From an uncultured virus (IMG/VR IMGVR_UViG_3300037067_014663) (lineage: Duplodnaviria; Heunggongvirae; Uroviricota; Caudoviricetes), in the IMG/VR virus record IMGVR_UViG_3300037067_014663: a DNA stretch of 64,000 nt; one strand, given 5' to 3'. Each line of letters begins with the position of its first letter. The stretch's first letter is position 1. The notes under the pieces were generated by a model. It was not told where the DNA came from. It was given only the letters and a program-made list of their open reading frames with translations, and did not search any database. The translations under genes and the position numbers were made by a program. This document shows, piece after piece, positions 1 through 10,329 of this stretch.

Positions 1-1493
1 GTATCTTTTGCAAGATAATTATCATTTATTTTCCAACCACCGATATAACCCACACCACACCAAAGTCCATATCCTGATAAAGCACCGTATGTTGTATCTG
101 TTATTCCCGTAAGATTTCCTAAACGAACCTTCGTGCAATTTGCAAACGAATATGTAGATACACCACCTAATATATCAATATATGGAGCATTACTATCACT
201 TGCGGTTAAATAAATAGAACCTTGTCGGTCTGTATCTGAAGTACTACCAACACGCACAACGTCATCACCAATTTCAGGGTAATCAGAACCATTTACAACA
301 TGTACTGTAAAATCTTCACTGGTACTACCAATAGCATCAACAACTGCGGAATAATATTTAATTGTCCTTCCAGTCCATTTTTGACAACGAATAATATCCC
401 CAACATCGAATGGTTGTAATAAATTACCATCATCTGTGTCAACAGAACACAAATAATATGTAATTCCAGTAACCCAAGAAGAAACACCAGTTATTTTAGT
501 ACAATCACTAACCCATAAAGCTCCATTAGTTGCTCTAATTTGATTAATAATTAATTCATATACATTCATTGATTTACGAACGTATAAATTATCAACAGTT
601 AAAGTATAATCACCACCGGATAACGTATTTTGCCATCCACTACCAGCAAACCCACTAAAAAAAGATTCGGAGCCGATATTTGCGTGTGTGTAAATATCCC
701 CAGTTGGAACAGCTAAAGTAAATATTCGAGATACTGCCCCACCAAATAAATCTCTGCTTTCAATAACAAAATCCTTCCAAATTCCAGCAGATAACCCACG
801 TGTATATCTAAAACCCCATTGAACTGCATCTTCATATTTCATGTGAAATAGATCAACAACTTCCCCATAACCTAAAACGAGCCCTAATGTTGCTTCACAA
901 GGATTATCCGCAGGCCCGTCAATTGATAAAATTGTGTAACCGTCAGTAACAGCTTCCCCTGCGGTATTCATCATTCTAATAATTCCTTTTTGACCTGTAG
1001 CGTAATCTCGAAAAAATCCTGTAACATCTGTTCCAGAAGACATCCAATTCATTATTGTATAACTTTCACCCCATGCCCCAACGACACCATCCCCTTTTAT
1101 TCCGAGTATTGCATTTGTGTTTGTTGTGTTTATTCCAACTTTTGTCCCATCATTATAAATAGCTGAATTACCAATACTTGTTGCAGATGTTGCTTTTGTA
1201 ATGTAGTTTGTAGTCAATCCTGTAATAATTCCAGTTATTGTTGCCCATGAAGTATCCCCATCGGCATCAGATGTTAAAAATTTTCCCGCCGAAGCTCCGG
1301 TAGGTAATTTCAAAGATGCAATAGAAACTATACCAGAAGTAAATGTAAAATTACCAGTAGCAGAATCCCCTGTTTTTGAAATATAATTACCAATAGTAGA
1401 AACAACACCAGGACCTAAATACGAATTATTAATACCTATGTTTGTTTCATTTCTATTAATATATTTTTCTTCTTTAGAAACTGTTGTACTCAT
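1..1493 (-). CDS. Tail fibre / host-specificity tail protein, running off the left edge of the window
   Basis: Absent from the ORF track because no stop falls in the window. ATG at 1493 gives MSTTVSKEEKY...; later FFSGFAGSGW..LTVDNLYVRKSMNVYELIINQIRATNG and RQGSIYLTASDSNAPYIDI resemble Bacteroidota phage tail proteins. Lies downstream of the tape measure gene. Confidence 0.75.
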   Translation of the reverse strand, partial: MSTTVSKEEKYINRNETNIGINNSYLGPGVVSTIGNYISKTGDSATGNFTFTSGIVSIASLKLPTGASAGKFLTSDADGDTSWATITGIITGLTTNYITKATSATSIGNSAIYNDGTKVGINTTNTNAILGIKGDGVVGAWGESYTIMNWMSSGTDVTGFFRDYATGQKGIIRMMNTAGEAVTDGYTILSIDGPADNPCEATLGLVLGYGEVVDLFHMKYEDAVQWGFRYTRGLSAGIWKDFVIESRDLFGGAVSRIFTLAVPTGDIYTHANIGSESFFSGFAGSGWQNTLSGGDYTLTVDNLYVRKSMNVYELIINQIRATNGALWVSDCTKITGVSSWVTGITYYLCSVDTDDGNLLQPFDVGDIIRCQKWTGRTIKYYSAVVDAIGSTSEDFTVHVVNGSDYPEIGDDVVRVGSTSDTDRQGSIYLTASDSNAPYIDILGGVSTYSFANCTKVRLGNLTGITDTTYGALSGYGLWCGVGYIGGWKINDNYLAKD

Positions 1494-1509
1494 ATTTATT
1501 CATATTTTG

Positions 1510-3438
1510 CTATGTAATTATAATTTCTTCTTGTGTATATTCTTCTGCTACAATATTATAAGTACCATTAACTAAATCCCAAGAATACGTTGTAATAATA
1601 AATGGTGAATTTTCTAAAGATGTGTTTTGTAAATTGCTATCATACAGTAATGCAAATGGTTTTATATATGATTCACACGATATTGTTGCTTCTAAAATTC
1701 GATATGATTTTGAATATTTTGAAAACCGATCCTTTATAAATAAATCAACTAAAGATTGTGTATACGGCAAAGGAAAATTTATTGTATGCCAGTTTATAGA
1801 TTTGCGTAAAGATGTGTCTAATAAATAAAAACCATTACTGTAATTTGTATTATCCAAATCAAATAAATCTAAAGAAATATCTTGTGTCTTTATAAAATTA
1901 GCACTAAGTTCTGTTGTAATTTCGTTATTGATTACTACAGGATCAATTTTTATTGCAATGTCAGATATATAATTTATTTCAAAGTAACCAGTAGTGCCAC
2001 CATTTAAAACATAATACATTGGTAAAATACCTAATATAATTTCAGGGACATATCCTAATTCAAAAGTTAAATCACCGATAGAAATAACTTTATTTATTTC
2101 AAATACCGTTATTGGTGAAGTTAAACTTTCTGTAAACGGGATTTCAAAAATAATATTATGTGTAGAATCATTAGATAATGTTAATTCTAAATAATGTGTG
2201 CTCGTATTTTCAGATAAAAAATAATTAGCATAAGTGCCTGTATTTATTCGCAAAAAGAATCGTGCTTTTAATGAATTAACACCAGTGGCATTAAAAATAG
2301 ATGATTGTTTATATTGTATAGTTAATTCATTTATTTTATTTGATAATGCCGAATTTAATTGTACACCAAATGCACAATATATCCCTTTTAATTCTGGTGT
2401 TGTTGCATCATTACTTGTAAATTTAAAATAATGAGACATACCACGAAAATTATCCCCAACTTCTAAATCAATACAATCTTCATGAATAGTCCATATTCTT
2501 AATACCAATGCACTCGGATATGTGTACGTTGTTGTTGCCATATCTACTGCAAAATTATTAAATACAAGACTGTCAAATAATTTTGTATTTAATTGTAACT
2601 TTAACGTATGTACACCCGAAAAATATTTTAATCTTTGACTTGTATCTATATATTGAAAATCAATACCAGCAGTATATGTTTGTAACAACTCACTTGTTAC
2701 AACACCAACTAAAGAATCATGTGTATAATAAACCCAATCGTGTGTTGTACCAAAATCACCATATCTTTCAATAATCCATTTTTGTCCATACGAATATAAA
2801 AAAGCATTAAATGGTTGTAACATTTTATTTAACGCTGTGTACGTATCATCCCATTCTAATAAATTACTATGAAAAATATCATTCTCAATCCATGTTTGAT
2901 GTAAAAAACTTTCAGAATCAGAAATAGTCATAGTATCCTCAAATAATGTAGAATTAATATACAATGAATATTCCAATCCAGTAGCACCTAATGCACTATG
3001 CACATTAGCCAACATTCTTCTAATTATTCTTTGATTTTCAAAATCAGATAAATAATTATCTTCTAACCTACGTAAATAATTTGTGAATTGCAATGTGATA
3101 ATAGAATAAGGTAAAAATTGTTGTTCATTTATATCACATATTGTAAAACCCTCATAAATAATAACATTATCATATTCAATTACACACTTAAATTGTTGTT
3201 CCAATGACAACAATAAATCATCAAAATAAGTAAAATCATTTGTATTATTTATAATATTAATTTTTACCCCTGTTCCCACAATTGGTGTATTCTCATCTTG
3301 ATAATTAACTTCCATAATTACTGATTGTGTTCGCACATCAATAACAGTACTGGCATACCCATCTTTATAAATTTTTACACTAATTAATTTTTGAAAAAAA
3401 TTATAAAAATTTGATTGATACTTTAATCCGTAAGCCAT
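1510..3438 (-). CDS. Tail tip / baseplate hub-type structural protein
   Basis: 642 aa, directly after the tape measure gene; assignment from synteny. Confidence 0.6.
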   Translation of the reverse strand: MAYGLKYQSNFYNFFQKLISVKIYKDGYASTVIDVRTQSVIMEVNYQDENTPIVGTGVKINIINNTNDFTYFDDLLLSLEQQFKCVIEYDNVIIYEGFTICDINEQQFLPYSIITLQFTNYLRRLEDNYLSDFENQRIIRRMLANVHSALGATGLEYSLYINSTLFEDTMTISDSESFLHQTWIENDIFHSNLLEWDDTYTALNKMLQPFNAFLYSYGQKWIIERYGDFGTTHDWVYYTHDSLVGVVTSELLQTYTAGIDFQYIDTSQRLKYFSGVHTLKLQLNTKLFDSLVFNNFAVDMATTTYTYPSALVLRIWTIHEDCIDLEVGDNFRGMSHYFKFTSNDATTPELKGIYCAFGVQLNSALSNKINELTIQYKQSSIFNATGVNSLKARFFLRINTGTYANYFLSENTSTHYLELTLSNDSTHNIIFEIPFTESLTSPITVFEINKVISIGDLTFELGYVPEIILGILPMYYVLNGGTTGYFEINYISDIAIKIDPVVINNEITTELSANFIKTQDISLDLFDLDNTNYSNGFYLLDTSLRKSINWHTINFPLPYTQSLVDLFIKDRFSKYSKSYRILEATISCESYIKPFALLYDSNLQNTSLENSPFIITTYSWDLVNGTYNIVAEEYTQEEIIIT

Positions 3439-3442
3439 AATT

Positions 3443-6400
3443 TTAATATAAAGAATTTTTATTGTTCCATTTCTTTAATACCCCAACCAATTCATTCTCC
3501 CCAATTTTAAATACAACCTCTCCACTCCAATCAGATTGCCTTTCCATACTATTTAATTTTTGTGGGGGGATTACTTTTTCGCCCGAAGTTAAAAATGCAG
3601 GATACGTATCATTAGGATACCCAGGTGGGACAGTTCCTCCTTCTGCAAATTTAGGAACAACAGCTTTGAATAATGCTGTTGTAGCAGCCGCAGCCGCAGC
3701 ACCCGCTAAAATTGCACCCCACCACGTTTTTGATTTTTTAACTGCATTTGCAACATTCGCTGCAACTGCTTCTGCAATATATGTGGCAATCATTGCTATA
3801 ACAGCTTCCCTTAAAGCATTTACAAATCCATTAATACTCAATATACTTCCTTGAATTGCAGAAGTGTATAAATCTTTCATTTCTTTACTTGCACGGGTGG
3901 CCAATGTTTCCTTTTTTTCAACTTCCATAAGTTGTTGTAAAACTTCAATATATTTTTTTGCTTTTTCTGCATTTGCTACAGCATTCAATGGATCGAGTAA
4001 AGATAAATTATATAATTCCTCTAAAGCAGATTTATAGGATTCAATTTTTGCTTGATTCATATCAAACGCATCTCCCATAAAAGAACTTTTATATGCAATT
4101 AATCCTAATTCTTTTTGTAAATTTTCACCAACTAATGCTGTTTTATATCCTGTTTCATTAAATTTTCCTAAATATTGTTCTGCTGATCGAGATGCAGCAG
4201 CAGAATTCATCATGTTCTTTACAAATTCTGAATTAACTACATTTAAACTTCTTATTTTTACCATCAACATTTGAACATTAGAATTTAATGGTGTTACACC
4301 CTTCTCTCCTAATTTTTCTAATGTGTCCATATATAACTTTGCCTTTTCCTCAGAAGTAGTAAAAGAAGAACCCATCAATTGATTCATTAAAATCATTGAT
4401 TTTTCCTTTTCACGAAACTCATTCATAATCTTACTAATTTCTTTCATTGATTCTGGATCAAAAGTAGGTGATGTTGTTGTTTTATTTTTTGCTGCCTCTT
4501 TTTGAATGGGAACTAATTTTTCGTACGCGTGTAAAATAGCATTAATCTGATCTACTACACCTCCTTTTTCAGCTTTTATTTCAACAAAATCCTCAAAAGC
4601 TTTTCTAAAATCATCAAAACTATATTTTAAATACCCAGTACGTTTTGACATTTTTTCTACATAATCATTCCAAATACCTAACATTACTTCTGTGGTATTT
4701 CCCATTTTATTTGCTATATCTGCTCCTTCAAATAACCTAGTTATAAATTCCCCTAATCTATCACCACCGTATGTTTGTGTAAATCCTGATATAAAATCAG
4801 AAAATGAAGAACCAAATGCCTTTGAAATTGATTCAATTTCTTTTTCTAAAGCTTCTCGGTATGACTTTATAGCAACATTTGCAACCATAGCATTTGTAGC
4901 TTGTTTTTGTGCTTGTTCAATATCTTGCAATGTTGATTTTTCAGTAAGTAAATTCTTTAAATAAGGACCATATCTATCATTAATTATTTTTATGGTGTCT
5001 GCTCGCTGTTGGGTACTAATGTTTGTCTGTTTTAATCTATTAAAAACATCATTTAATTTAAAAATCTCATCACTCAATTGATTATTTACATTTTTTTGAA
5101 TTTTACTAAATGCATCTGTAGTAGAATTCCATTTAGCAAAAGCTGTAATAGCAGCAATAATCCCAACAGCAACTAATCCCCAAATATTTGTACTGAGAAC
5201 TGTACGAAGGTATTTAAACATATTTAATGCAACACCCACAACATTTATTAAATTCCCCATTGTTTTTGCTAAAACACTAATAACAATAGATAAAGGACCG
5301 ATTACAGCTAATAGTCCAGCAGTATAAAGAATTAACTGTCTTTGAACATCATTTAAATTTGTATACCAACTAACCAATCCACGTACAGTGTTACCCATAC
5401 TCTCAAGAATAGGAATAATGTCGCTTTTCATAGACATTCCTAATTCAATTAAACCAACTTTTACATTGGCCATTGCTTGATTGTATTTAAAATCAATTGT
5501 ATTTGTTACAGATTGGAATGCTTTATTCATATCCCCGGAAGATTTATTTACCCTATCAAATAAACCAATATTTTCTTTATATCGATCACCTAACAGAGAC
5601 AAAGCGTGTGTTAATGCCCGAACATTTGGGAAAGCATCACTCATAACAGTAATACCATACTTTTTAGTTAAATCATTAAGAATCCCTAATGTATTTAATA
5701 ATCCTTTTGATTGTAAATTATTCCGAAGAAAATCAAAAGTTATTCCCATACTTTGTAATGATGCTTCTGCTTCCTTTGATGGTTTTAATATTTCAAACAG
5801 AACTTGTCGCAATCCTGTTACTGTTTCATTAACATTCTGTCCAGTTAATGAAACAGCAGCAATGGAAGCGGCAACTTGATCAAAGGAAACACCAAGCAAG
5901 GAAGCAATAGGAATAACATCACCTAATTGGGTTGCATACATTGACGCTTCTCCTTTACCTTCACGAACTGCCGCAGTCAATACATCTAATGCTCGTGTTG
6001 CTGTCAGTCCTGAATTCTTATATGCATTCATAGCAGAAGTAACCAAATCAGCAATTGCTTGGGTTTCCCCTAAACCCGCAGCCGCACCTTTTGCAGATTG
6101 TTTTACAATATCTAATGCTTCTGCCCCTTTAAAGCCTGATGATGTTACAAAATATAAAGCTTCAGCTAATTCCTTCGGTGGTCTGGCAATCTGTGGGGAC
6201 AGAGACAAAATATCCCTGCTCCACTGATTTACCTGATTTTGAGAAACACCAACTAAACCAACAATATGTTGCATTGCAATTTCAAAATCTTTTGCAGACT
6301 TTAAAATAGCTCCTCCGGCCAATGCCATGGGAATAGTTAAATACATAGTAGCAGAACGGCCAAAATTTTGCATCCTTGCCCCTACAGCAGCTAATGATGT

Positions 6401-6631
6401 TTGCAATGAACCCATTGTAGTTTGCAATGAACTTGTTGTAATTTTTGCCGTAGTAGTAGCTGATTTACTTGCAGCAATCATCACCCCATCCAATTTTGAA
6501 TTTAACACAGCAGACTGCGCTTGTATCATATTATTCAAATTGATAATTTCTTTTTTGGCGGAATCCAACCCAAGTGTATTTGCTCCCAAAGAAATATATA
6601 ATGATCCTAAACTAACTCCTTGTGTTACCAT
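3443..6631 (-). CDS. Tape measure protein
   Basis: 1062 aa, Ala/Ser-rich and helical, with a TP901-type core (ELAEALYFVTSSG..EALDIVKQSAKGA), a hydrophobic middle and C-terminal PKFAEGG; follows the tail chaperones. Confidence 0.95.
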   Translation of the reverse strand: MVTQGVSLGSLYISLGANTLGLDSAKKEIINLNNMIQAQSAVLNSKLDGVMIAASKSATTTAKITTSSLQTTMGSLQTSLAAVGARMQNFGRSATMYLTIPMALAGGAILKSAKDFEIAMQHIVGLVGVSQNQVNQWSRDILSLSPQIARPPKELAEALYFVTSSGFKGAEALDIVKQSAKGAAAGLGETQAIADLVTSAMNAYKNSGLTATRALDVLTAAVREGKGEASMYATQLGDVIPIASLLGVSFDQVAASIAAVSLTGQNVNETVTGLRQVLFEILKPSKEAEASLQSMGITFDFLRNNLQSKGLLNTLGILNDLTKKYGITVMSDAFPNVRALTHALSLLGDRYKENIGLFDRVNKSSGDMNKAFQSVTNTIDFKYNQAMANVKVGLIELGMSMKSDIIPILESMGNTVRGLVSWYTNLNDVQRQLILYTAGLLAVIGPLSIVISVLAKTMGNLINVVGVALNMFKYLRTVLSTNIWGLVAVGIIAAITAFAKWNSTTDAFSKIQKNVNNQLSDEIFKLNDVFNRLKQTNISTQQRADTIKIINDRYGPYLKNLLTEKSTLQDIEQAQKQATNAMVANVAIKSYREALEKEIESISKAFGSSFSDFISGFTQTYGGDRLGEFITRLFEGADIANKMGNTTEVMLGIWNDYVEKMSKRTGYLKYSFDDFRKAFEDFVEIKAEKGGVVDQINAILHAYEKLVPIQKEAAKNKTTTSPTFDPESMKEISKIMNEFREKEKSMILMNQLMGSSFTTSEEKAKLYMDTLEKLGEKGVTPLNSNVQMLMVKIRSLNVVNSEFVKNMMNSAAASRSAEQYLGKFNETGYKTALVGENLQKELGLIAYKSSFMGDAFDMNQAKIESYKSALEELYNLSLLDPLNAVANAEKAKKYIEVLQQLMEVEKKETLATRASKEMKDLYTSAIQGSILSINGFVNALREAVIAMIATYIAEAVAANVANAVKKSKTWWGAILAGAAAAAATTALFKAVVPKFAEGGTVPPGYPNDTYPAFLTSGEKVIPPQKLNSMERQSDWSGEVVFKIGENELVGVLKKWNNKNSLY

Positions 6632-6656
6632 TTTTCAATTTTTGCGTTGTTTAAAT

Positions 6657-6693
6657 AAGCAGTTTTGATTTCAAAATTGCTTTTGACTTAGTG
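6657..6693 (-). repeat. Dispersed 37-bp element with 26-bp palindrome, copy 1 (upstream of tape measure gene)
   Basis: Minus strand reads CACTAAGTCAAAAGCAATTTTGAAATCAAAACTGCTT. Confidence 0.9.
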
Positions 6694-6704
6694 CTGCAAC
6701 GATT

Positions 6705-7130
6705 TTAATGTTTTAACAATTTTGGTTTTAAATTTCTCTCTTTTAATAATTTTTCTCGTTTTTCATTTTTTTCAAAATCTTTTGCAATTCCAGCAAAAAT
6801 CTGTTTTATTTCTTCAGAAGATGTTTTCTTAATAATAGGTTTCTTCTCTTCACCATCCCAATCTGGCATAAAATCTAAAGCACTTGTTATAATCGGTTGA
6901 CTTCCTTTTTTACAATACAATGAATTTACAACATTATGTATCAAAGAAATCAATTGTGCCATTTGAAAATCACTTCGCCAAGTCCCTACTGGATCAAGTT
7001 TATCGTATGCTTCCCATTCACTCAGTTGGGCAGAAGTTATCTGATCCAACAATTTATCCGGGTGAACTATTCCAAGTTCTCTGCAAAGCCGGAATTGAAA
7101 TTGCCGTCCGGGTCGGCTTCTAAGTTTTTT
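6705..7130 (-). CDS. Tail assembly chaperone GT extension, reached by -1 frameshift
   Basis: The -1 frame after A AAA AAC (7130-7124) reads LRSRPGRQFQFRLCRELGIVHPDKLLDQITSAQLSEW and continues into ORF 6705..7052. Confidence 0.8.
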   Translation of the reverse strand, partial: KKLRSRPGRQFQFRLCRELGIVHPDKLLDQITSAQLSEWEAYDKLDPVGTWRSDFQMAQLISLIHNVVNSLYCKKGSQPIITSALDFMPDWDGEEKKPIIKKTSSEEIKQIFAGIAKDFEKNEKREKLLKERNLKPKLLKH

Positions 7131-7513
7131 ATTAAAGCCTCTTTATCTTCCGTAGATATTTTATTTAATTCTTGTGCTTTATTAATTATTACTTCCAATT
7201 TTGCAGCACTCATATTTTGTGAAAGCAAAAGATAATCTTTAGCATCCAATAATAATACACCATTTTCATCACAAACAGTTCTTACAGCCAATTTTGCCCG
7301 AAAATCTTCAAGATTCTGCTCATAATCAACTATTTTTCCTTTAATATCCCTTTTTTCTTTTGTAAGTGATCGTTCAAAAACATCTCGTTCACGTCCTGTC
7401 ATTTGTTTTACATAAACAAAAATTTCTTCACCGGATTCATCTTTACCAAGATCAACTTTTACTACTTCAAGTTTCTCTTTTTCCAATAATTTTTTTCTAC
7501 CTAAAAGTCCCAT
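7067..7513 (-). CDS. Tail assembly chaperone (gpG-like)
   Basis: 148 aa between tail tube and tape measure genes, with a slippery heptamer near the 3' end. Confidence 0.85.
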   Translation of the reverse strand: MGLLGRKKLLEKEKLEVVKVDLGKDESGEEIFVYVKQMTGRERDVFERSLTKEKRDIKGKIVDYEQNLEDFRAKLAVRTVCDENGVLLLDAKDYLLLSQNMSAAKLEVIINKAQELNKISTEDKEALIKNLEADPDGNFNSGFAENLE

Positions 7514-7546
7514 TTGATTAATTTTTAAATTGTAAATAATAAATAA

Positions 7547-7563
7547 AACACTTGATTAGTGTT
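7547..7563 (-). terminator. Short hairpin plus U-rich tract after the tail tube gene
   Basis: Minus strand AACACT-AATCA-AGTGTT followed by TTATTTATT; same core as 18956-18972. Confidence 0.5.
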
Positions 7564-7569
7564 ACTTCT

Positions 7570-8004
7570 TTAAGTTAAACCCGAACTTGCGCCTGAATTA
7601 ATAACAGGCTTGCCGGAAATTTTAATAGTCACATCCGAAGTGATTTTATCATCTGTCGGAATAGCCAAACCTAATTCAGTTACAAATCCAACAAACTCAA
7701 TTGTTGTATTTTCTGGATCAGGAAGAACAATTTCGTAATTTTGGAGTGTATCAACTTCAAAATCATCATTCATTAATTCATACGTATCCCTTGTAAAATT
7801 CATTGCAAGAGCAACTGTTCCTGCATCACGAAATCCAGCAATAAATTCTCTGTAACCCCCTGTACTTTGCAAAGATGTTACATCAATTGTGTCTCTACTT
7901 CTACCTGGGCCGGTAACTGTATTTATTTCTGCAATATTCTGCCATTCAGAACTATCCCATCTTCTAAATAATGTACCTACACCACTTACGGCTGTACTTG
8001 CCAT
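7570..8004 (-). CDS. Major tail tube protein
   Basis: SRDTIDVTSLQSTGGYREFIAGFRDAGTV is a typical siphovirus tail tube motif; AGGAGG at 8010-8015. Confidence 0.9.
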   Translation of the reverse strand: MASTAVSGVGTLFRRWDSSEWQNIAEINTVTGPGRSRDTIDVTSLQSTGGYREFIAGFRDAGTVALAMNFTRDTYELMNDDFEVDTLQNYEIVLPDPENTTIEFVGFVTELGLAIPTDDKITSDVTIKISGKPVINSGASSGLT

Positions 8005-8006
8005 TT

Positions 8007-8402
8007 TTACCTCCTTTGTAGATTAAAATTTGTAATAATAATTACATTTTGATTGTCATCCCAAGTTAATAGTGACGGGCCATTAACACATCGAATGACA
8101 GTATATAAAGTCCCATTCCATATTCCTTGTGCCCGGTTGTGGAGTGAGTCAATAATACTCTGAGCTAAATTCATCCCATCTATGTACTTTCTATTTCGCA
8201 CCCGAATCTGAATAGATGGAGAATTATAAAAACTTGCGTTATCTAAAGTTCCTTGAACCGGAAAACCAGGAGTGTCATAAATTGTAACGCAGTTATCCGG
8301 TTTCGGTGGTTCTTTGCCAATATATAGATCATCAGCATAAACCAGTCCTAAAGAACTTTCAGCTTCTAACATATCTTTGATATCATACGACGGAGCGTTC
8401 AT
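8007..8402 (-). CDS. Tail terminator / tail completion protein
   Basis: 131 aa just before the tail tube gene; YIGKEP..PDNCVTIYDTPG and PSIQIRVR motifs. Confidence 0.75.
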   Translation of the reverse strand: MNAPSYDIKDMLEAESSLGLVYADDLYIGKEPPKPDNCVTIYDTPGFPVQGTLDNASFYNSPSIQIRVRNRKYIDGMNLAQSIIDSLHNRAQGIWNGTLYTVIRCVNGPSLLTWDDNQNVIIITNFNLQRR

Positions 8403-8404
8403 AA

Positions 8405-8818
8405 TTATTTTTTAATTTGTGCTGTTGCTTTTATAATGCCTAAAATTACATTCACATTCCTTTTTATTGCAGATTCAAAAAATTTAGGACCAGATCCAGG
8501 TCGGGACCAATTAATTGCATTACCAAGAGAACTTTCCATCATTTCATGCACGTATACTGCATAATTGGCGGAAAACCCCATAATCAATCCAATTGTTTTT
8601 TTCGCACCCTTATAAGGAGTTACAAACCAAGAGGCTCGTAAATTTCCAGTAATGCCTACAGGAATTAATGGCTGTGTATGTTCCATATCTGCTCGAATAT
8701 ATGCAGCACTACCAATTAAACCCTGCATAGTTCTTCCTTCAATATTCCGAATTTCCCTATTTAAGTTTCTCATTACTTCATTAAATCCTTTAATTCGTGT
8801 ATTTGTAGGTTTTCCCAT
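8405..8818 (-). CDS. HK97 gp10-like neck / tail completion protein
   Basis: PVGITGNLRAS, ANYAVYVHE and PKFFESA motifs. Confidence 0.8.
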   Translation of the reverse strand: MGKPTNTRIKGFNEVMRNLNREIRNIEGRTMQGLIGSAAYIRADMEHTQPLIPVGITGNLRASWFVTPYKGAKKTIGLIMGFSANYAVYVHEMMESSLGNAINWSRPGSGPKFFESAIKRNVNVILGIIKATAQIKK

Positions 8819-9237
8819 TATGCATATCCTTTATATCCTAAATAAGCCCTTCTCACAAATTCTGTTGTTGATTTTAATGCAGGAAGTTTATCAAATCGCT
8901 TTATCTCAAAAGCAAAATCAATAACTTTTGGATCTAATATTGCATCCGCACTACTTTCAGCACTATCGTATAATTCATCCAAAGTTCCCAAGTATAACCA
9001 ACCTTGTTCTTCAACATCCTGGGATAAATAAACAACAGCATTACAATATATTGTTTGCCCCATTTTATCCATCACTACACTGTTTAAATCATTACGATCT
9101 TCCCAACGAACACCATTAGGTGGCGCGAGTTCGACCGGATTATAATACGTCATTCCACCCTGACCATCATTTGCCAAAGGAGCCCAATAAACTGCTGTCT
9201 GAATGCAATTACGTTTTATCATTGTTTCAATGCTCAT
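8818..9237 (-). CDS. Head closure protein (putative)
   Basis: 139 aa in the neck position; QTAVYW..DGQGG motif. Confidence 0.65.
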   Translation of the reverse strand: MSIETMIKRNCIQTAVYWAPLANDGQGGMTYYNPVELAPPNGVRWEDRNDLNSVVMDKMGQTIYCNAVVYLSQDVEEQGWLYLGTLDELYDSAESSADAILDPKVIDFAFEIKRFDKLPALKSTTEFVRRAYLGYKGYA

Positions 9238-9239
9238 AA

Positions 9240-9620
9240 TTAATCCTCAAAACTTTTAACTGCATACGTACTCGCTGCCTGTTTACCAATATTTGACATT
9301 TTCCCGGTTGTATCAAGTAAAAGAACCATCTGACCATAAGAAGTCATTTTTAATCCTTCTCCCCATTTGCCTGTGTACTTTACTGTAGCATCCCCCAATT
9401 TTTCTTCACTAGTTTGACGATCTACTGTTGAAGCAACCATGTGTGCCACAAACCATCTTTCAATCTCTTTTAGTGTGTCTGTACCCAATACAGTTTCCCC
9501 TGCAAATACTTCATCGATAATTAAAGTCCCAGAAGTTATAAATGCATTAATAACCGCATCCGTTTTAGTGCAATTATCCATTATTTCTTTTACTTCAGTT
9601 GCCGTTACTCGTGCTGCCAT
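9240..9620 (-). CDS. Head-tail adaptor protein
   Basis: EIERWFVAH..EKLGDATVKY..LKMTSYGQ..LLDTTG motif; first neck gene; AAGGAG upstream. Confidence 0.8.
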   Translation of the reverse strand: MAARVTATEVKEIMDNCTKTDAVINAFITSGTLIIDEVFAGETVLGTDTLKEIERWFVAHMVASTVDRQTSEEKLGDATVKYTGKWGEGLKMTSYGQMVLLLDTTGKMSNIGKQAASTYAVKSFED

Positions 9621-9621
9621 A

Positions 9622-10329
9622 TTATTTGCTCCTTTCTTTCATTTGAGGACTATTCCACAATAATTTTTTTGTAGTAGGAATAATACTATCATTCCATTCT
9701 AATCCCAACCATTTTAACATTTCAACTATTTGACTATAATCACCATCAACCATTCGTTCTGGCCAAATAACTTTACAATTTAATCCAGTTTCAATCATTT
9801 CAACAAATAACTTCTCGTGTTCATGCACCCACCACGCCCAACCTTTTGTAGTACTATCCACACCAAGTAGTTGTTGAATTTTCTTATCTTCAAAAGTATC
9901 CATGTACGCCGTTTTTAAACAACTATGAACAATATCCCCAGTACGTCTACGAACAATTATCCACTTTGCATTCGGAAAAGCGTAATTCCAAACTGGCCAT
10001 AATTGACAAAGTCGATTGCTTTTATACATCCAAAATTGTTCATCTTTTATCTTCACTATTTCTAATTCAATTCGTTTTTGAATTTTATTTTTCCAATTTA
10101 TTGGAATAAGAATCTCTTTTGTGTTTGGTAATGGGTAATGTCCTTTTTTATTTACATTAATATTTCCATAATATTGATTAACAAAACTACTAATAGAATC
10201 GTTTTCCATCATTTCCGAAGTTCTGCCAGTATAAACCCCACAAGATGCAATTATTCTTGCAATAATAGAAGCTCCCGAACGTTGTGCCCCAGTAATAAAA
10301 ATAGGAGAATTAAAAATATCTTGTATCAT
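9622..10329 (-). CDS. Sulfotransferase-family protein
   Basis: N-terminal PAPS-binding loop PIFITGAQRSGAS, and FPNAKWIIVRR..DIVHS. Confidence 0.8.
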   Translation of the reverse strand: MIQDIFNSPIFITGAQRSGASIIARIIASCGVYTGRTSEMMENDSISSFVNQYYGNINVNKKGHYPLPNTKEILIPINWKNKIQKRIELEIVKIKDEQFWMYKSNRLCQLWPVWNYAFPNAKWIIVRRRTGDIVHSCLKTAYMDTFEDKKIQQLLGVDSTTKGWAWWVHEHEKLFVEMIETGLNCKVIWPERMVDGDYSQIVEMLKWLGLEWNDSIIPTTKKLLWNSPQMKERSK

